From positions 38,504,001 through 38,568,000 of the forward strand of contig CM052816.1 in assembly GCA_028534125.1 (NCBI GenBank): DNA of 64,000 nucleotides, given 5' to 3'. Positions 1 through 11,760 of this stretch are shown here, one piece after another. The notes below the pieces were generated by a model. That model had not been told where the DNA came from. It did no database searches and was given only the letters and a program-made list of their open reading frames with translations. This stretch comes from Lama glama. Lineage: Eukaryota. The position numbers were made by a program, and so were the translations under genes. Each line of letters opens with the position of its first letter. The first letter of the stretch is position 1.

Positions 1-2141
1 CTTTTTCAGTCCTTTCGAAAGATAAAAATGTATAACGACTGGCAGCTTTCATCATAATGACTGAAAATGATTTCAGAGGAATTGAGGGAAGGGTACAATT
101 ATCTATAGCTTACTAAAATGGTTCCTATGGGCAGAGTAAGTGTATATACGGCAGGCATGACTAGAAGGAATGCCTTCAAGTGAGTTATCAAAATGCTCGA
201 GGTTTATCTTTACATTGGAAACAATCTCACATCTGAATGGAAAAATAAACCCAAAGGAACAAACTTATTAAGTGGTTCAAGAAACAAATCTAACTTTCCA
301 TATGTGTGAAAACTTGGAGAAGTCCACACATGAAGAACAACAGGAGGTTTTCACATGAAAAATAAAATGGATTTGAATAACCCCCTACACATAATTAACT
401 ATACCAAATAAAATGCAGTAATCAAAGTCTTACTTTATTCACCCCCACACAGAGACAGTTAAAAATAAAATCCCTACTGTGAAAATATCCCTGAGTGAAT
501 ACTTCTGTAATCACACCTTTAACGTTTCTCTAAGTCTACGTTTACAGATAAATGATACAGAAATTATTCTGATAATATCCCTTTGGGGATATGTATATGC
601 TATTTTGAAGTGGTCACATAGGACTAACTCTTAACACTTCCACATTCACATTTATGGGAGTAGAAATTATTTTGTTAGTCTCTGTATTTGGTAAATATTC
701 CCATGTCATCTTCCAGTTTTAAGTATGTCTTACAAATGAATCAATGCCCAGGAAAGCTTTCCTGACCGTACTACATTTTTGCCCATGAAGGTGATCCCTC
801 CCCGAAAAAAGCCACTTGGGAAGTGGTGACAAGGTGTGACTGTGCTTGTTCTTTGACTTACATCAAATCATTTCTGGCACAGTTCAAATCTTTAGGGACC
901 CATCTGTGGCCAATTCAAACAAATAAACACTTGAATAAGAAAAGTACAATGAAGTCCTGCTGTCATACATTTCACTTAATAGTTGCTTTCCGGATGTATC
1001 CGAGAGGAGTGTTTGAAAGGACAGTGTGCATTTTCCTATGATGTCAAAATGTCAAATCAAGATCCATCTGTTTTAGCAGAAGAATAATACTTTCGCCATA
1101 AATGCGAGCTAACAGCCAGTATTGTACCAGGCACCCAGAGGAGACTGAGATAATCCTCTATTGTCCTAGCACAATATTAGTTATTATTTATAAGGCCTTA
1201 TGGAAAAAAATAGTTGTCTGACATTCATAAAGTTTTCTTATGAGAAATATTCCCTTTCCTCAAACAGTGTTTAAAATATATCTGGGCAGTCAGAGCTCTG
1301 GTTATTTTCCTTGATATTGAATTATTTTTCTAAAGCTTGTCATTTTAAAGAAGAGATGATAAATATTGATAAGGTTTGGTTGGTTCCACAGCTTCCACAC
1401 TAAGAAACATAGAGAAAACCAGGAATAAAATAAAACTTTTCTCCTACTGTGCTGTAAATACATCTCATTCAAACCTGGTGTGAATGCCCCTCAAGTCTAT
1501 AGTCCGCAGAATTTTAAGACTAGAGCATATCAAAGACAAGATTGCCAAATTAGTACCAATTTAGTGCAATTTAAAATTGTGTAATCTTGTATAAGAGAAT
1601 ACAAGCTGGGACTCTTTATCTAGTGACATTTTTGGCTGTCTCGTTGGTCTTTATTGCCTCACTATTGCAGGGATAGCAAATATCTTTTCAAAATATCATA
1701 CGGCTTTCTGGCTAACATGGGGAAAAAAACACCTATGGAGGCCAATTGTTGGTTTGGGGGGTATTCATCTTTCAAAAAAGCCACAAAACTTAATAAGCTA
1801 GCCCGAGAGACCAATTTGTGTTTAATAAATAAACAGTGTGACGTTCTAACCATAACATTTTATCTGAGATACAATAAAGGTATGACCAATGATTCTTTTA
1901 AGAGCAGATTTTACAGATAACCATAATATACACAAAAAAGTCTGGGACAGTAGGGGATGGAGTAATGATTTCTTAAACTAGACAAGTCTCTTGAATGTGT
2001 TTTTAGTGTCTTTCACTTTTTCTCCTATCATCTACCCAAAGTATAATAAAACACCTTGGGTTATAGTTAAGCATCTTTGGAAAACTCAAGTTTCATTAGA
2101 CCCTACATCTTCTTATGCAAAATGAGAGTGTCAGACCTCAC

Positions 2142-2660
2142 CATTCATTCACTCACTTTGTGTCCTCCCCAAGTATTAATGAGTACCACATGTCAGGCCT
2201 GTGCTATGTGCAGTGGGGACAGATCAGCAAATAAGACGGACAGGGTCTCTGGACCACGGAAGCCTACAGCCTAGGAGGGAAGACCGACACTATCCCCAAC
2301 AACAACAAAAATCTATTTCAATTGTGATAAATACTATAAAGAAGCAGTAGAGGGTGATGCGGAAGCATTTAGCATGCAAACTTGACCTAAGGTTGGAAGG
2401 GAGAGTCTTTCAAGCAGAAAAACGCATCTAAAAATGCCTTACGGTGGGAAAGTGCAGGTCAAGTTGAAGAAAGCAAAGAATGTGTGGTTGGAACGAAGAC
2501 AGCTATGGGGCAAGCAGGCCAAGATGGGGCCGCAGAGCTGGCAGGAAGCACGATGGGGTGGGTCTCTCAGGCCACGTGAAGGCTTTGGGGCTTTATTCTG
2601 AGAACAAGGATAAAAGTTCAAAGATTGTAAGAAAAGGGATGACATGGCTTAATTAGCCTT
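2142..2660 (-). mobile_element. L2 LINE 3' fragment
   Basis: Begins with CATTCATTCA (reverse complement of the L2 tail), followed by degenerate L2 3' sequence (…tgagtaccacatgtcaggcctgtgcta…aagacggacagggtctctg…). Boundaries approximate. Confidence 0.7.
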
Positions 2661-4359
2661 GAAGTTAAAACGTACTCTAAAAATTCTATAGGAATTTTTT
2701 TCCTGCTATTTAAAATTGAAGTTGGCAAGGCTGCCGTTATTATCATTATCTTACTATAGAGATTACGAACTGACATAGGCACAGAGCTCAGGTTGATAAA
2801 TGGGGACTTTATTTTTACATTGTTAAACTTAATTTACCTTATTAGCCTCGATTCCTCTATTCCCAGTGATGACAGGATAACACAGTCTGCAATTCAAGTT
2901 AAACAGTCACTTCTGCTTTGAACCTTGATCTCTCTGTTTAGTACAACTCAGTCAGCCGTAGTCACTCCTTAGGATTCTTCCACCGCCCCCATTCCCATCT
3001 GACTCCCTTCCCTTTCTTACAGGAGGTAACCTTTATTCTCAAATTGTTGGGCATCTTGCCACGGCCTCTTCATACAACTCTCCACGTTGTACGTAACTCA
3101 TCTCATCTAGTCTCCTTTATAAGATGCTGGTATTTTCTGCTGATGTCCTCAATTCTACTTTTACCCAGTCCAAGCATGAATCTACTCCTCACCCTGACCC
3201 AGGATGTAAGATCTTCTTCCCCAAGTTAAGAGGACAGGACTTTGAGAGAGTCCACCAGGCCAAGTGTTAGAGGTATTTCTCTCAGCCTTTGCTGCTCTGT
3301 CCCTCCAACAACATGCCAGATACAGAAGTTCCTAACGAAGTTTGTCGTCTCACCCACCTATCCTCCATAAGGCAGGGCATGTGTCTCTTCTACACCCACA
3401 TTCCCCTAAACATATCTCTGCTCTACACACTCCCCTGCCCCACTATCTACCCTGACCACCCAGACCACGACTCCAGGCAGCCTCTGAGTTCCAGTCACAC
3501 TCCCTCTGATCTTCTTCTCCCAACCACTGATCAAAACTGGCTCCATGTGAGTGGGCACAATGCTTTTATGTCATTCACACAGTCTTCCCTAGTCTGTGGT
3601 TTATTGTGTAAACCCCCTGCCCAGAGTCCTCCCGGTTTTGCTTTTGATATTCAGAGACCATCTTTGGGAATTCAAACAAAATAAAACAAAACTGTTCTCT
3701 CTGAATAAATTCTGCCCACTCCTACTCAAAAGAGCTTTGACTTTCAGACTATTGACTTCGCAGTAGATTTTAAAAGTCTACCTGGGAGTTCAAAAGCCAA
3801 GAATCCAACTCTTTATTCCCTTTAGAGTATTTCTGTGCTTCTCTCAATGGGCAATATGCCTCCGCCTCTCAAATCAGTTCTATTGGGAGGGTCCAGGATG
3901 TAAAGAAAAAAGAAGTACATGAAAGGTAATCTCTACCTGGTATTCTTTCAGAAGTTTTACCCAATACATAATAAATGAGGCACTAAAATAAGACAATAGG
4001 TTGGAAGATACAGCATTGAAAACACAACCTTCTATGTTAACTTGCAAAGGAATAGAAATAAAACATCTCAGATTTTGCTTCCAAAATGAGGCTTCCCTTC
4101 TGACAGGCTCAGCCTCATAAATTTACAATAAAAACAAAAATATGGTTTCACTACTGAAATCTGAAAGAATTCTTATATAAAACAAGGGGTATCCTGGAAT
4201 ATAAAGTTTGCTCTCACAGGTTCATAGAACACGATTAGAATGTCTTTCCTCATAGTTCTAGAACTCAAAGCAACTGAGTCCTAATAATGACCAAGGCACA
4301 TTTTCCCCTAGATTTAACGTATTTACATTGAAAATAAAGTAACGCCAATGGGTTAGTTC

Positions 4360-4528
4360 AGGCTTTGCTACTCAAAACATGGTGCATGAACTACAGACAA
4401 AGGCATCAATGAGGAGATGTTCGAAATTCAAATTTTCAGGTCCCTCCTCAACCCTAATGAATCAAAATCTGCATTTTAACAGAATGAATCCCTGTGATAT
4501 GTCGATAGAAAATTTGAGAAACCCCCTG
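4360..4528. mobile_element. MER5A-type hAT-Charlie MITE
   Basis: Contains tgaatcaaaatctgcattttaacag…aaatttgagaaacccc, resembling the MER5A/MER5A1 consensus as recalled. Confidence 0.65.
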
Positions 4529-4938
4529 GGCTAGGGTATTTCTCTGTTGGCTTCTCTTCTACAAAAGAGAAAATGGGATGTTTTATTAAATTTATTTAAT
4601 TACGTACTATAATCAATGAAGTAATTAAGAACTATTTTCTGAAAATAAAAGGTATTTTAATGTCATTTGCATAGCATTCAATGCTGAAATATGTAGTTAC
4701 CTAACAAAGTACACTAATGTTGCTAATGAGCCAAGCACAATATAAGAGTGAGCCCACACTTTCCATTCTTGAACTGTTTTCAGTGCTAACATGAATTATA
4801 TCAAGTCCACTGGCAAGTTTAGAATCATGATGCAATTGGATAACTCATTAGTACTATCCGCTCTAAATCATCCTGCTGTGGTTTGAAATAAAGTTCAAAT
4901 CTTTAAACATTTTCTGAGAGAATTTCCTATGGTTTCAC

Positions 4939-4940
<2 letters not shown>

Positions 4941-4970
<30 letters not shown>
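4941..4970 (+). repeat. (TG)15 microsatellite
   Basis: Perfect dinucleotide run seen directly. Confidence 0.98.
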
Positions 4971-4971
<1 letters not shown>

Positions 4972-5844
4972 TTGTAAAGCCATCACAAAATTGAATAGTA
5001 TAAAGTGATAAAAGAAAAAGCATCAAAGAAAGCACTGTATTCAAGTCTTCTAAAAATTCCATTGGAACAATTCATACATTAAATGATGTCTTGTTGACGC
5101 ATATGATGTGCTTGAACATACTATATTTTTAGTTGTTCCATCAAAAATCAGAAACCATGTGTGGCATGCTTTTCAGTAGTCATGATAAAATCTTTCTGCG
5201 ATCATTTTCCATCATGAACACTCCCTTATGCAGCAATGCATAATCACGTCTCCAGAACCAAAGTGAAACTTGGAGGTAAACAATTATTCAGTAATTTCTA
5301 GTGCCAGGTATGGTGTTGGCCCTGGTGGATGCTTATAAATGTTTACTGATGATGATGTCCTATAAAGCTGCCACTATTTGCTATGAATTACCCGGATTGC
5401 CTCTTGGAATTGTGAATGTTCTCTAAATAACTCTGAGCTTCATTTTGATTCTTCAACCCTGGCATATATGTCTATCTTGAATAAGTTCCTCCAAACTGCC
5501 CCAGAATACCAAATTTTGAAGCCTTAATGTGCCATTTCTCTTTTGGCCTTCTAATTCTGTCTCTTAAAATGATAGAGTATTGATGAATTGTAAAGACTGA
5601 ACCTCAAAATCCAATCTGAATGATTTCTCAGGCAAAAGGGATGGTCTGTTCCAGGCCATCTGTCATCGCTTTGCTCTTGCGGCCCACAGCACACAGCAGT
5701 GAGGCAGCTGGTTGGGCTGGAGATAGAATAGAAGGCAGTTACATCACCGTCTACGTCCCTTTCATTAAGTTTACTGATCTAGAAAGAATTACAGCAATGC
5801 TACTGGCTCTTCATGGTTCAGTGTATTTCAAGTAACTTGTAGGT

Positions 5845-6020
5845 GTTTTTCATTCATTATCTCATTTAATCTTAAAAACACCCTATGAGGTAGGTGCAAT
5901 TATCATCATTATTCACACTTTACAGATGAAAAAACTAGGTAATAAATACTAGATAACAAATAGCTAATAAATACTATAACCAGGATTCAAAACCAAGCTG
6001 TCTTTCTCCAAAGTCCTCCT
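5845..6020 (-). mobile_element. MIR SINE
   Basis: tctcatttaatctt…ccctatgaggtagg…ttacagatgaaaaaact…ggattcaaaaccaag matches the reverse complement of the MIR core. Confidence 0.8.
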
Positions 6021-8129
6021 CTTCCCGAAGGCTTTCATTACCATGACATTCACCAAATACAGCTCCCTGACCTAGGCTATCCCACACAAACTTGAATAAC
6101 ACTGTTCACGTGAACAGAATTAACCTTCATATTCTGAAAACAGAAAACTTCAAGCACATATACACTCATAAATACAGGCTTGAAATGGAACTGTCCTGAG
6201 TCATAAGCAGTACACATGGAGTGGCACACATCTGGCACCATATAACTACAAAATGTAAGTGAAATGAGAATTACTACACCATTCCTACTGGATCATATCT
6301 GATCCCTCACATATCAATGGACATAAACAAATGTACGTGAAAGTGAGAATTTGCATTCTCTAGATAGACCATATATGTGCATTCTAATGTGTGCGTACAA
6401 ATGGACCTCCACATATAGACCTCCACTGTTAACACATACCACTTTTAGGAACATTTTTACGTGGGAAAACCCTGAGTCCACTTCAGAAATTTGCTCATTC
6501 CATGTGCATGGACATCATTAGAGGCTGAAAGCTTATCAGCTGTAATCAAGAAGGTCCTTTTGGAATTATCTTCCTTAGCCTACTTCCAAGGGAAATCATT
6601 TGTAGGCTTCTTCAGGGCAACAGTTATCCACCAAGTGCTCAGACTCATCTTCAGATGTTCCAGACCAAATTTACCGTAATAATGATAACTGCTCTTTCAG
6701 TCTCCTGATCTTTTAAAATGCTGCACATCTTTTCATCTATTTCCATTTCCTTCGGATAGAGTGAAGACTGAGAAATCATCAAACCCATTTTTCAATACTA
6801 TACATCATCAGAAACAATTTTGATAATCATATTATTAGTGTGCATAACCCCATCCTTCAGAACTCTGCTGAGAGTCGCTTAAATATCCTGCTTTTATTCA
6901 TATGCTCTATTTATATCTACAAATGTCAAAAATTCTAAATGAAGTGTATGAGCCTTGATTGACAAAGAGAGATGGCTCTCTTTTGTAGCAAGTAAAGAAC
7001 AGTTAATAAAATCCTAGCACCTGCTTAAAATTAATCTGTAAGTCTCCTTAAAATTGTTCTTTAGCTAATTCAGATGACGCACGTTTGGATCTTGGTTCAG
7101 GAATAGTTTTTTAATGCATGATTATTTGGGAGAGAATATTAGATTTATTACCTTTGCTAATGAACACTTAGATAAAAGTGGTATTCTCAAGATGAGTATT
7201 CTCAAGAGGTGAACTCTGATTACCATATATTAATTTTCATTTCAGTTCAGAATTATATTAAGAGTGAACCTGGTGGCTTTTACATATAGAGAATGGGCCC
7301 TCTCCAAAGTACACTCTGCCATAATTCTCAAGTGTCCCCCGTCACTTTTCTAATGTCACATATCAGGAGAACCAGAATTCATCATCACAGAAGCAATTCT
7401 GGAGTTTAAAAAAGCAGTGGATGAACCTTAAAGACACAGGATTTAACTTCAGGTTTTTTAAAAAACATGTGTTCTCTGTTTCAGTGGGATTAAGGGAACT
7501 AGCTTTAAGAACGGTCAGTGAATTGGTTGAGATGCCCCTTCCCATATATTCTACACACATTCTAAATTTTTCTACTCCTTTTTCATTGCAGCATTTAATA
7601 CAGAGTCAAATGCAATAGAGAATGCAATTCTTTAGTAAATCCAAGGTGCATCTGCATCTCCAATATTTAAGACAACGCCACAACTTCTTCATACCAAACA
7701 GTGCCTCTAGGACTACAGAACTCATATTCTCTGCAGGATATGTACTCGTCCTGAGGAATCTTGGGAAAACAGATATATCAGAAAGCCAGCATAATCAGAA
7801 TTTTAAGGAAAATTATTTAATCTTCTAACTAACTAGAATGACCAGGGGGAAAAAATTGACTGCCTTCATGAATTCTCAGAACTAGAGGTGCCCTGAGCCA
7901 TCATACATTGTGATAACTTATGCCAGGATATTTGACGTTCTGGTGGGCACAGGAACTATCAACCTATTGTGCAACATTTGCTACAACAGAGAAATGGCAC
8001 ATCTGCATGATTAATTAGCTTGTTTATGCTTAATATTTTTGTCCTGTGTATCTTTTTTAAAGAATCTCTTCAAAGAATCGCTAATAGCTTTAGTGAAAGA
8101 CGATCAAAATTAGCATTAAGCATTTTAAC

Positions 8130-9380
8130 TCTTTTGTGGTAATAAACATACATACAGAAAGATTCACAAAAGTGTAGAGCACAGGGAATTCTCACAAAGG
8201 AAACATACCAATGTAAGCAATACTCAGTCAAGAAATAGGGTAACATTCAAGTCCCTCACTCCATGTTCCCTCCCAGTAACTACCTCCTCCCTTCTCTCCA
8301 AAGGCACTAGAGTTTTAAAATAGGTCTGTAATTTCTTTGATCATCTTACCTTCGAAAGGTGGAGCCCAATTCCCTTTACCTTGAGAGTGGACTGAACTAA
8401 ATGACAATGATTTGCTTCTAATACATGGAATCTAGTAGAACTGGCAATGTGTGACCTTGGGCAATACATTATAAAAGGCATTATGCTCCCTCCTCATGTG
8501 GGCCCTTGAGTCACTCACTCTGGAGGAAGCCAATCGCCATGCCATGAGAACACTCAAGAAACTCAAGCAGCCCAATGGAGAGAGTCCAAATGGAGAAGAA
8601 TGAAGGCTTTTGGGCAAAGCCAGTGAGGAATGAAGGTGTTTGAACAAGCTCATGTGAGTGAGCCATTTCAAAACATATTCACCAGCCCCAGTCAAGTCTT
8701 CAGATGATTGAAGCTTTGGCATTTGGATTGACACTTCATGAGAGACTCTGAGCCAGAATCAACCAACTAAGCTGCTCCAGAATTCTTGATTCAGAGACTC
8801 TATGAGATAATCAATATTTATTGTTGTTTAAAGGCACTAAGTTTTTAAGTATTTTGTTTTGCAGCATTATAATTAGTGCAAAAGGTAGTCATTTTCCTGA
8901 CCGCTAACATCTTAGTTTAATTTAGCATGTTTTTTAAGTTTCTATTTAATCTTCTATTAATCATTGTTATTTATCTTTGTATGTTTAATTTATTTCACTT
9001 AATATTATGTTTGTTAGATTTATCCATATTATTACATGGAGCTGTGCTGTGGTTATTTTCTTTGTATTTTTCAAGGCATGAATATACCACAATTTATGTA
9101 TGCTTTTTACTGATGATGTTTGGTCTGTTTTCAGTTTTTTACCATTATAAACAATATTTCTATGAACATTACTGTACACATGTTTTGGTACATAAGCAAG
9201 GATATATTTAGGGTATGCAAACCTGAGAATAGAATGCTAGGTCATATAATTTGAGAATAGTCAAATTTCATTCTTAGTAACAAACATATTTCCAAAGCGG
9301 TTGGAAAAATTTACATTTCTGTTAGTTCTGTGTGAGAATTTCTATTGTTCTATATCTTTAACAGCAATTGGTATCATCAG
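8130..9380 (-). mobile_element. Old L1 (L1ME-like) 3' fragment, interrupted by an MLT1 LTR at 8305-8880
   Basis: Degenerate L1 3'UTR/ORF2-end sequence in antisense. The L1 text ctccaaagg|tagtcattttcctgac continues across the LTR. Confidence 0.7.
8305..8880 (+). mobile_element. MaLR solo LTR (MLT1F-like)
   Basis: Shows MLT1F-like blocks (gaaaggtggagcccaattccc; ggaagccaatcgccatgcc; ccagccccagtcaagtcttcagatga; ctaagctgctcc) and ends in CA. Flanked by AAAGG at 8300-8304 and 8881-8885 (5-bp TSD). Confidence 0.85.
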
Positions 9381-9419
9381 GGATAAAGATTTCATCATTT
9401 TTTCCAACTTAAAATTTAT

Positions 9420-10148
9420 CCCATAAAGACATATGCAATTCATATATCTGATAAAAGAACTGTATTATGAGTATGTAAAGAATTTTTACAAATCAATGTA
9501 GGAATGTAAATGAAAACAAATCAAATTTTTAAATGATCAAAAGACCTGAAAAGGAATTTTTAAAAAGAGAACATCAAATGACCAAAAGATATAAAAAGAT
9601 ATTTAGCATTAACAGTAATCAGGAGGGAAATGCAAATTAAAATCACAATGCTATCCCTACTATTACACACCCACTAAACAGGCTAAAATTCAAAAGAACA
9701 AGTTTTGGCAAGAATGTGAAACAAATGGAATTCTTACATATTGCCAGCGGGTGCAAGGTGGTACAGTAACTTTGTAAAATTGCTTATCATTTTATTTGAA
9801 AGTTAAACACATACTTACCTATGATTGGTATTCTACTCCTACATATTTACAGTATAGAAGTAAAAGCATATATCCACAAGAAAAAAATATAAATGATTAT
9901 TCATTGCAGATTTATCCATAATTTTTCAAAAATTGAAAAAATAATTCTAAAGGTCTATCACAACAGAATGGATAAATAAGTTGTGGTTTATTCATGCAGT
10001 GAAATAGTACTCAACTACAATGTTGTACGTTTTATGTACAACATAGATGACTCCCAACACATTGTACTGGATGGAAGAAGTCAAATACAAAATGAGTATG
10101 ATTTCATTTATGTGATATTCAGTAGTAGACAAAATTAATCGATGGTAA
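9420..10148 (+). mobile_element. Old L1 (L1M) ORF2-end/3'UTR fragment
   Basis: Typical motifs: gggaaatgcaaattaaaatcacaatg; aacagaatggataaataagttgtggtttattcatgcagtgaaata. Heavily degenerate. Confidence 0.8.
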
Positions 10149-10149
10149 T

Positions 10150-10345
10150 TGTATTAGTTTGCCAGGGCTGCCAAACATCACAGATTAACTCAATTAAATA
10201 ATGGAAATTTATTTCTCACATTTTTGGAGGCTAGAAGTCCAAGATCAAGATGTCAGCAGGTTTGGTTTTTTCTGCGGTCTCTCTCCTTGGCTTGCAGATA
10301 GCCACTTTCTCACTGTGTCCTCATATGGTGGCCCTTCCATGCTAC
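10150..10345 (-). mobile_element. MaLR LTR fragment (MLT1A/B/C-like)
   Basis: tgtattagtttgccagggctgcc…tttatttctcaca…ggaggctagaagtccaagatcaag is the reverse complement of the MLT1 3' end. Confidence 0.85.
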
Positions 10346-11414
10346 ATGTTGGGATATAAATTTAAAAAGCAGTTTCAATAAGTCTTGCATATTTTAACTT
10401 GAAGAACTTGGAAGAACTTCAGAAAAACGTGTTTCCCTTTTTTCATCCAAATCCAACTACTCTAACCTCTTGAAAGAGGAAAAAAAAATAATAAAAGTTC
10501 ATCAAAAAGAAAGCATTAGTTTATTTCTTTAAATAAATTTGTAAGTCATTCTAAAAGATTGTGTTCTAAAAATAAGAAGAAAGAAAACTATGACATAAAA
10601 CTTTTTTTCCTAAGTCATAAATCTGTTAACATAATAAGATAATTTCATACCACCAGGCTTAAAAGAGATAACGTCATGTTTACACCATGCTTTGGAATCT
10701 ATATAATTAATGATGTCCGTGAAAACTCTTATTCTAATGGTAGGTAAAAGGATCCCAAAATCTGGACTTTCCTGCAATTAATTATCCTTTCTCAAGTTTC
10801 AACAGATGAGTCCTAATAAAGTACTAGTAAATTATAACATAACAAGTAAGTGATGTATAATAAGACCTTTTAAAAATACTTTCCCACACACGTATGTTTC
10901 AAAGGCACATGACAAGTGCCACAAACTCTGTCATATTTAACATCATAGCAAACAGGAAAGGAGAAATAGCTTAAGTACAAAATGGATTAGCTGACTATTT
11001 TTTATATAAAAATGCAGGTGTCCAAAAAAAAGTATTAACATGACTGTGAACTCTAGAACGTCAAGACCTACAGTTTAGGTAGACTCTATCTCTGCTCAGT
11101 AAATATTACTTTGCCAAAAGAAAGAAAAGTATCCACCTTTAACAGAAGAATAGATGATTAATTAATCATTATAAATAACCTCCCAAATGCATAATTTCTT
11201 ATTTTCTTCTACTCGGTGATCCATAGTGTTCTAGGTACTGTGGGTACAGACATGAACAAAACAAAGTTCCCGCATTCATGGAGGTGGCATGCAAGCGCAA
11301 TAAATGATAATAGGATAGGATAGGATAGGATATAGGGTATATATATGTGTACATTTAAATTAGGTAAAACTGAAAAAAAAAAGTTGAAGAACATTTTAAA
11401 AAATAAAGCAGGTA

Positions 11415-11635
11415 GGAAAGGATAAATTTGGGAGCCTACGATTTGTAAATATTAGCCACTATATACAAAAATAGATTTAAAAAAACAAAATCTCTTCTGT
11501 ATAGCACAGGGAACTATATTCAATCTTATAATACCTTTAATGAAAAAGAATATGAAAACGAATATACGTATGTATATGCATGACTGGGACATTGTGCCGT
11601 ACACCAGAAACTGACACATTGTAACTGACTATACT
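11415..11635 (+). mobile_element. Young 5'-truncated L1 3' end (camelid/cetartiodactyl type)
   Basis: ctgtatagcacagggaactatattcaat…gaaaaagaatatgaaaacgaatatacgtatgtatatgcatgactgggacattgtgccgtacaccagaaactgacacattgtaactgactatact. Confidence 0.85.

Positions 11636-11760
<125 letters not shown>

Noticed and set aside
6480..6900. Possible processed pseudogene on the minus strand
   Set aside because: Only short open stretches, with no recognisable protein, poly(A) or TSD.
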